64,000 nucleotides of DNA from Phoronis australis (lineage: Eukaryota > Animalia > Phoronida). Positions within the stretch are counted from its first letter, which is position 1. Each line of letters starts with the position of its first letter. Position numbers and translations under genes: made by a program. The DNA is taken from the NCBI GenBank assembly GCA_002633005.1, contig NMRA01000132.1, positions 310,001-374,000 of the forward strand. Reading direction: 5' to 3'. This document shows positions 57,968-64,000 of the stretch, in pieces. The notes under the pieces were generated by a model. It worked only from the letters and a program-made list of their open reading frames with translations. It had not been told where the DNA came from and did no database searches.

Positions 57968-60900
57968 TTACATCACTTCCTGTGCATGAAGCACTGTGGG
58001 TTTGTCATTGAGGCTGTTCTTGACGTGAAGGGCGTGTATCTTGGCCTGGTTTAAAGTAGGAACTGCAAGTAAAACGTAAGCAAGTCATTTTTATAGCAGA
58101 ATAGATGTTTACATCACATTTCCTTGAATTGCAGAACAGCAGTTTAAGCATCAACAATACAGTGATTAAAGGACTATGTGCAAAAATTCTAAATTCTCAG
58201 TTGCATAAATGCTTTGAATGATAACCAGTCCAGTTAAATATTAGACATCAAGTACACCATGAAGTAAATCAATACTACAGGCAAGCACGAACAGATAAAA
58301 GAAAATGCCTATCATAAGTTATGTCAATACTTTGTAACGTGCTCAACTCATAAAAGACATAATTCGATCATATGGTGCGAGTTTTGACCAGTACTGCCCT
58401 CTTGTAAACAGCTGCTTACCATAACCCATTCCTTGTAAGAAAAGTCGGATTGCCTCAGCCAATCTCTCTGGCTGTTCCTCCAGTACCATTCCACCACAGT
58501 CACCAAGCTTAAAGAGACACAGATATTCAGGTCAAAAACATCACAGAATTTTTTTAAATGTTAGGTGAACTAGTAAACACCATAGTTCACCTAGTTAAAA
58601 CATAAAGATATTTGACACGAAAAGCTGTCCACTATCAAATCCTAATTCATGAGAGATTTCACAACTATAGTCAGGTAAAGAAAAGCACCACAGTGGTGAC
58701 ATGGTACACAATAAACATTATGGGGTGCCCCTACATTTATGTACTGCAAGGAATACACTACTTAAAGGATACCAATCATTCGTGGCACAAAACTAGTAAA
58801 TTTTACACAACGTTCAACAGTGACATCAAAATTGTTCCAGAGGCAGACGGTGCCCTCCTGACGCCTGCTCAACTCTGTGAATAACCTTCAAGGAATTAGG
58901 CAGAGAAATCAGAGAATCCAAAAAGCAGGCATCAAATGTTAGGAAACAGAGGAGTCCCATAATGCACTTCTCTAGTTTATGAAAATGTACAGAGGAGTAC
59001 AAATAGTAGCCTACCTTGACGCCCCTGTGTGAACGATTACCCTAAAACTTAGCGAGCCAGTTAGGAACCACTGTGTGTTAAGCTCCAACTGACCTCCAAA
59101 TTTCACACTGTTTGGATAGTTCTGCTTGTCACCTCATCGCAAAACTTATACCAACATGCAGAGCCAACAACTGGCGGGGGTGCACGCAAAATCAGGGAGT
59201 CACCTTGCGCGTGCGTTGCAACCGTTTAGGAGAAAAACAATTAATAAATGTCATTTTCTTGCATAATTCTCCGCCTTTTGTAACAAAAAAAAGTGTCTTA
59301 GATATCTTTTGAAAACAGTACGCTTGTGACACGCGCACGCACCATTTCCTAATTTTTTGCGACATCTCTCGGCAGCTTCGCAAGATCAAAGTTTACTAAA
59401 AAATTATAATGAAGAGAAAACAATTCTAATAATTTGTTGTGATATGTACGCAAGCTTGTGATTGAAGAATCGGTGAAAAAAGACACTGGTCAATAGCAGA
59501 AGATTGCTTCACAACTTTAGCAGCAGAATAACAGCAGAACGCCAATTTTTCCAGCACCAGTAAATAATTCAGTTTACACTAATTTTGTGTCAGATTTTAT
59601 CTGGTCAGTTTTCTACCCAAAGCTGTATATTTAGTATACAGCTTTGCACCATGACTACCTAAACCCAGCTTCAGGGAGATGATGGCAACATAATATGAGT
59701 GTGACAACATCAAAAGAAAAGAAGTGACCAATGCACTGAAATTACAAGAAATTTTACCGCACTTTACCAGTTTTTATCAAATTTTCACTGATTGATCTGC
59801 CTTTGCATATTAACTGAGAGCACTACTAGACAGAGTACCTCGATCCAGGTAGATCGTGTGGGGTCCATCCTCCCATTCATGGCCACCACATCGTCGAGAT
59901 GGGGAGAGTGTGAGCCCACAGCCAACAGCACCTCACACGGGAAGTTGGAGACCTCCTTCTTCTTCTGAGCATTTAGTTCTCGTACAATACCGAGGTCGTG
60001 GCGCCTGAGGCAACAGACAAAGCAAGTGTGAAAAGGACATTTAGCATGCAATAAAAACATTAGTGTGATGTAAATACTACCCTATGAATGAGAGTAAGCT
60101 GTGGATATACAGAATTTAGCAGTGATGGATGCCATTACCGTTGGTGATCTGCAAACACATCTCCAGACTTATTGCTACAATTTAACGGAAGTTGTAACAG
60201 TTTTTGATTCATAAAATTTTGATACTACGAGTGACTATGTTTAACTCGTCACTGCTTAACTCATCAGTCAGCGTAAGTCCTTAACTCTTTTTCGGCCATG
60301 CACGTTCCCACACGCATACACGTAAAAGTTTCCATAAGCATTAGTCTATGTTCATGCTAACTTATTGCCGAATAAAAAACTTGCGTCACTGTCGCGGAAA
60401 CATGCCTAAACATTACCACCAAGTTTGCTTTGCTAGACAAAGCGGTACATGGAATTTCAGATATCAAACCCCAGGGCATGTATTCGAAAAATGGCCCAAT
60501 TCTGCCTTGGTACCCCACATAACAAAGGAAGCAGAGAGTCTGTAGCAATGTCAATATGGAATGAGAACTAACAGGGGAGATAATGTTATCAGTGGCACCA
60601 TCAGTTGCTATTTACTGTATTTTACAGATTAGCAAATAACGTAGTACCGAAATGTCATGTTTCTCACAAAGTTTTGATTTTATACTCATTGCCAGTTTAT
60701 TTTGTGACTCCTAATGTAGGCCAATGAAATTGTCCACATGTAAGCCAATGGTTATAATTTTGAAAGGGGGAGGGGCGTGTTTGCAAAAATTCATGGTAGC
60801 CAGCAGACTGTGGATTTCACAAAAAGACCAGGGGTGCCTGTTTTAACAAAGCTAAGACAGTTGTATCTTATATTTTATCCAAAATTAATTCATTGCGATT

Positions 60901-63353
60901 TATGAATATGACCAGTTAGACCGTGTAAATATGGTTAACAGTAGAATAGATGTAATTCAAGAGCACAGTGTTACTTTCGCAGCCACCTGCCTACAACCGA
61001 GTGGACATACAACCTTTGATAAAACAAGTACCAGAGATGCACAACTCACTTTATGTATGCCTCTGTGAACAAGGCGAGGTTGTGCGGGTTGATCTTCTTC
61101 AGGTTGTGCAAGTACATATGGACTAGGTCAGAATTAGTCATCATGGTTTCCTGTAAAGGCACATTTCAGCAATTTGATTATTGACAATCTTAAAGACAGT
61201 CACCAACAACATAATGTTAACGGAACGACTCTTAAGAACCCAGACACTCAAATGAAGTCCCAGGGCAATAAATGGCATTTGTCTGGACGTCATTAAGAAG
61301 CTGACTTAACACAATATTCAGCAACCTACGATTAAAAGATGAGCTTGCATAGTTATTGTCAACATTAACTCTTTCACTGCCAAATGTGTCTCTTGGCGAC
61401 TTTCTCAGTCACTCAGCTGAACATGTCAATCAAGTTGGGTACGTACTAACCCACTCTTGACACAGCAAATTGTGCATTTAAAGGAAATTAACAACAACTG
61501 AACACCATAAATAACACAATGACAGTTTTACCGAATTCTGACTCATAGTCCAATATATAGAGTTTTTCCCAATTTTCAAACAATTGGCTCTTTAATTACT
61601 CTTAATGCAAAGGTCACTAAACAATCCAACGTCCATGTTTGTTCGATTCAAACTCCGCATGATTCTGATTTGGGATCTAATTTTGAAATGTCACACAAAG
61701 TATGTAACAGGGTGGATTTCAACCAAAACTTGCCTTGAATATCACAATTAGAAATTAATACTTTTGAGCTCTCACGGAATGCTTCCCATTTCAACAACTT
61801 GCAGAAAATTGTTTCCTATGGCTAGCATACTGACCGTTCCAAACCAGTGCCACAGCAGGTAGTCCTCGCAGAAGTGAGTCATCACACCACCCTTCATGTA
61901 CCACGAGTTCAACTGGAACAAACGTTTACCTTTAGTCATCCACAATGACATCTGCACCCAAAGCCACAACAAAAATGCCGTCCATCCACCCAGCCATCAG
62001 AGGAATTTTACAGGCACTTCGCCATACAATCAGATATCCTCGCCTGACTACACAGATCCAAAGTAAATAATGCACATATGCTGTGTCTTGCGGGCTCATG
62101 CTGACCTTTTGTGCTTTTGGGCATGCGCATTAGAAATGTGAAAGGATGCTGTTTGTCATTTTGAAACACGATTAATTTTATTCTTTTTATTCTTTTCCTG
62201 GCTTTTCTTGAGAAACGGAAGACGTTCAGGGCTTGGAATGACCCATGAAAAAAAGGAAAATTTTCCAGGCAATGTATCATTCTAGAAAAAGTAGGGTTAT
62301 GTGACAGAAATATTTTTGTGTCGTAAAATTTAACTGTATGAAATTTTTTTGGCATGAATAAACTTAAGTCAAAATAATGATTAAGAGATGAAAAAAAGAG
62401 GAAACTGGAAATCAAAAAGAGGAAATCCTCAAAATTCTAAGCCCTGATGTTGAACACCTTGCTTTGTTTATGGTATGTTAATCAACGAGACATCAGTGTC
62501 TAGCCAATGTTGAGGGGAGGAGCGTAGTCTAACCAAGAATGTCCAGCAATATATCAACTTTCTTCAATGTCTATAAAAGCTGGGTGAATCAAAAACAATA
62601 ACCAACTACAGTAAAGTTACGTCAAATTAGAGCACATTATGACGGAATGGTAAAATTTAACTTTGTCCAAATTTTTAACAAGAGTAACCAAGAAGACAAT
62701 TTTACGTGATTATTTGAAAACTTTATGGCTGTCATGAGCAAACACACGATGAGATTTTAATCATTTTTGGTAATACAGCGAGCGTTTGAAAAATGGAAAA
62801 AATGCCAATTTTGGCCATCATTTTTGTTCTGATTAGAGAAAACCTTACTGTACTTAATACTAGGACATGTCACAGTGGGAAACTGGTATATTTCACCCTA
62901 ATCTAATGCAAGTGTCAACAACTGTTGTGACTGGCTGATATTTGTCACATTTCAGGAATTCACAATCCACAAAATATGTTCACAGACGGTAAAATGAATA
63001 TTTTTGCTAGTAAGTCTTGTTACCTCATTGCTTTTACTTGTTCAGGATGGCATCTGGTGCTGCCACCTTGTGCTTATTTGTTCAGTCCCTCTCCCACGTT
63101 TGAAGTTTAATTAAAGTTGAAATGAAGTGGCATGATTTCTCGTTGCCTGGACATTATGAAAAATACTTAAGGCCTCCAGAGAACAAACAAATGAACAGGA
63201 CTGCTTTAGATTTCAATTAATTCAAGATAAAGCAGGCATTACCCCCCCCCCATGTGTGAATCTCACCTTTTGATAACCCCACTCCATCCATCCTGACTGA
63301 GACGCTGAACAGTTGACAAGGACAAGAGAATCAATCATCTTGGGATACTTCAG
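57968..63353 (-). CDS. NDRG: NDRG (N-myc downstream-regulated) family protein, last six coding exons; 5' part outside window
   Basis: Minus-strand exons 63267-63353 (LKYPKMIDSLVLVNCSASQSGWMEWGYQK), 61835-61912 (LNSWYMKGGVMTHFCEDYLLWHWFGT), 61050-61150 (..INPHNLALFTEAYIK), 59839-60004 (RHDLGIVR..VLLAVGSHSPHLDDVVAMNGRMDPTRSTW), 58420-58507 (LGDCGGMVLEEQPERLAEAIRLFLQGMGY), 57968-58062 (stop). Phases are compatible. DCGG..EQP..LAEA..FLQGMGY is the NDRG hallmark. Confidence 0.92.
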
Positions 63354-64000
63354 CTGTCAACAGAGAGCAGTTACATCAAACAAATCATCATTCATATTCT
63401 CATCACCATCATCACCATTCACAGACCACAAGGGCATTCTCATTGAAAGTGTCATTTTCTCATCAGTGCATCGATTTTATCATGCGCAACAATTCTTTTC
63501 TCATGTGCTGCAACTCTACTTTTCTCAAAAAGAGCATTACGTTCCAAGCTGTGGTGTACAGACAAATTTTAGTATTAAAATATCAAGAATGTGCCATTAT
63601 CTTTTTCAACAGATGGTAAAAATAGTCATTCTAATTCAGTGACAAATAAGATAAATTGTTGGCAAAGCTGAAACAAATAATCATTATGAAACAGCATGTA
63701 CACGACTTACAAGATCCGATCCTAATGTTCACCGAAAACCTCGTGACCTGGGGTAGTTTATAAGCAGTTTTGCAAACTGAGTTTATATAATATTTAGTGG
63801 TAACTATAGACTCAGAACACCGATTGTCAAGCTGACCTATTGCCACAGGTGCAATCCCAGCCACCAGTACTGAACATGACCAACACTCAAAAAACGCCCA
63901 CTACATGAAGAGAAAACTTCTTTTCCTCGAGCCTATTAGCACCAGCATGACATGGCCAAGTACACTAACAAAGTCTTTGTCTCTACTCACAGCAAACCTC

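Noticed and set aside
59618-59646. Short near-perfect palindrome caaagctgtata-tttag-tatacagctttg in an NDRG intron
   Set aside because: No flanking TSD and too short for a miRNA precursor; likely a MITE remnant.

Overview
AT-rich eukaryotic (animal, probably invertebrate) genomic DNA with spliceosomal introns. It holds two head-to-head, inverted-duplicate CYP3-clan cytochrome P450 genes. Copy A is on the - strand (ATG 20451, exons 1-11 in the window, running off the left edge). Copy B is on the + strand (24279..53842, 14 exons, 502 aa, intact). Both have Asn in place of the conserved I-helix catalytic Thr. The 3' half of an NDRG-family gene lies on the - strand at the right end. Intron 8 of CYP copy B carries an apparently intact 13.06-kb CACTA/En-Spm (CMC) transposon (34269..47328) with perfect 15-bp TIRs, a 3-bp TSD and AGTGAGAAT subterminal arrays. 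It encodes an 853-aa transposase and, divergently, a 9-exon ~554-aa accessory gene (Tudor-like, Lys-rich, P/S/T repeats, CxxC/coiled coil, BEN-like) that the ORF track shows only in fragments. Also present: two internally deleted Kolobok-type elements (THAP-transposase N-terminus plus convergent KolX/P2X7-ballast-like gene), a nested hAT-like MITE, two Helentron/HINE-like elements, a decayed LINE, tiny CATAG..CTATG footprints and an assembly gap. All gene models and domain calls were made by eye and need HMM and RNA-seq confirmation.
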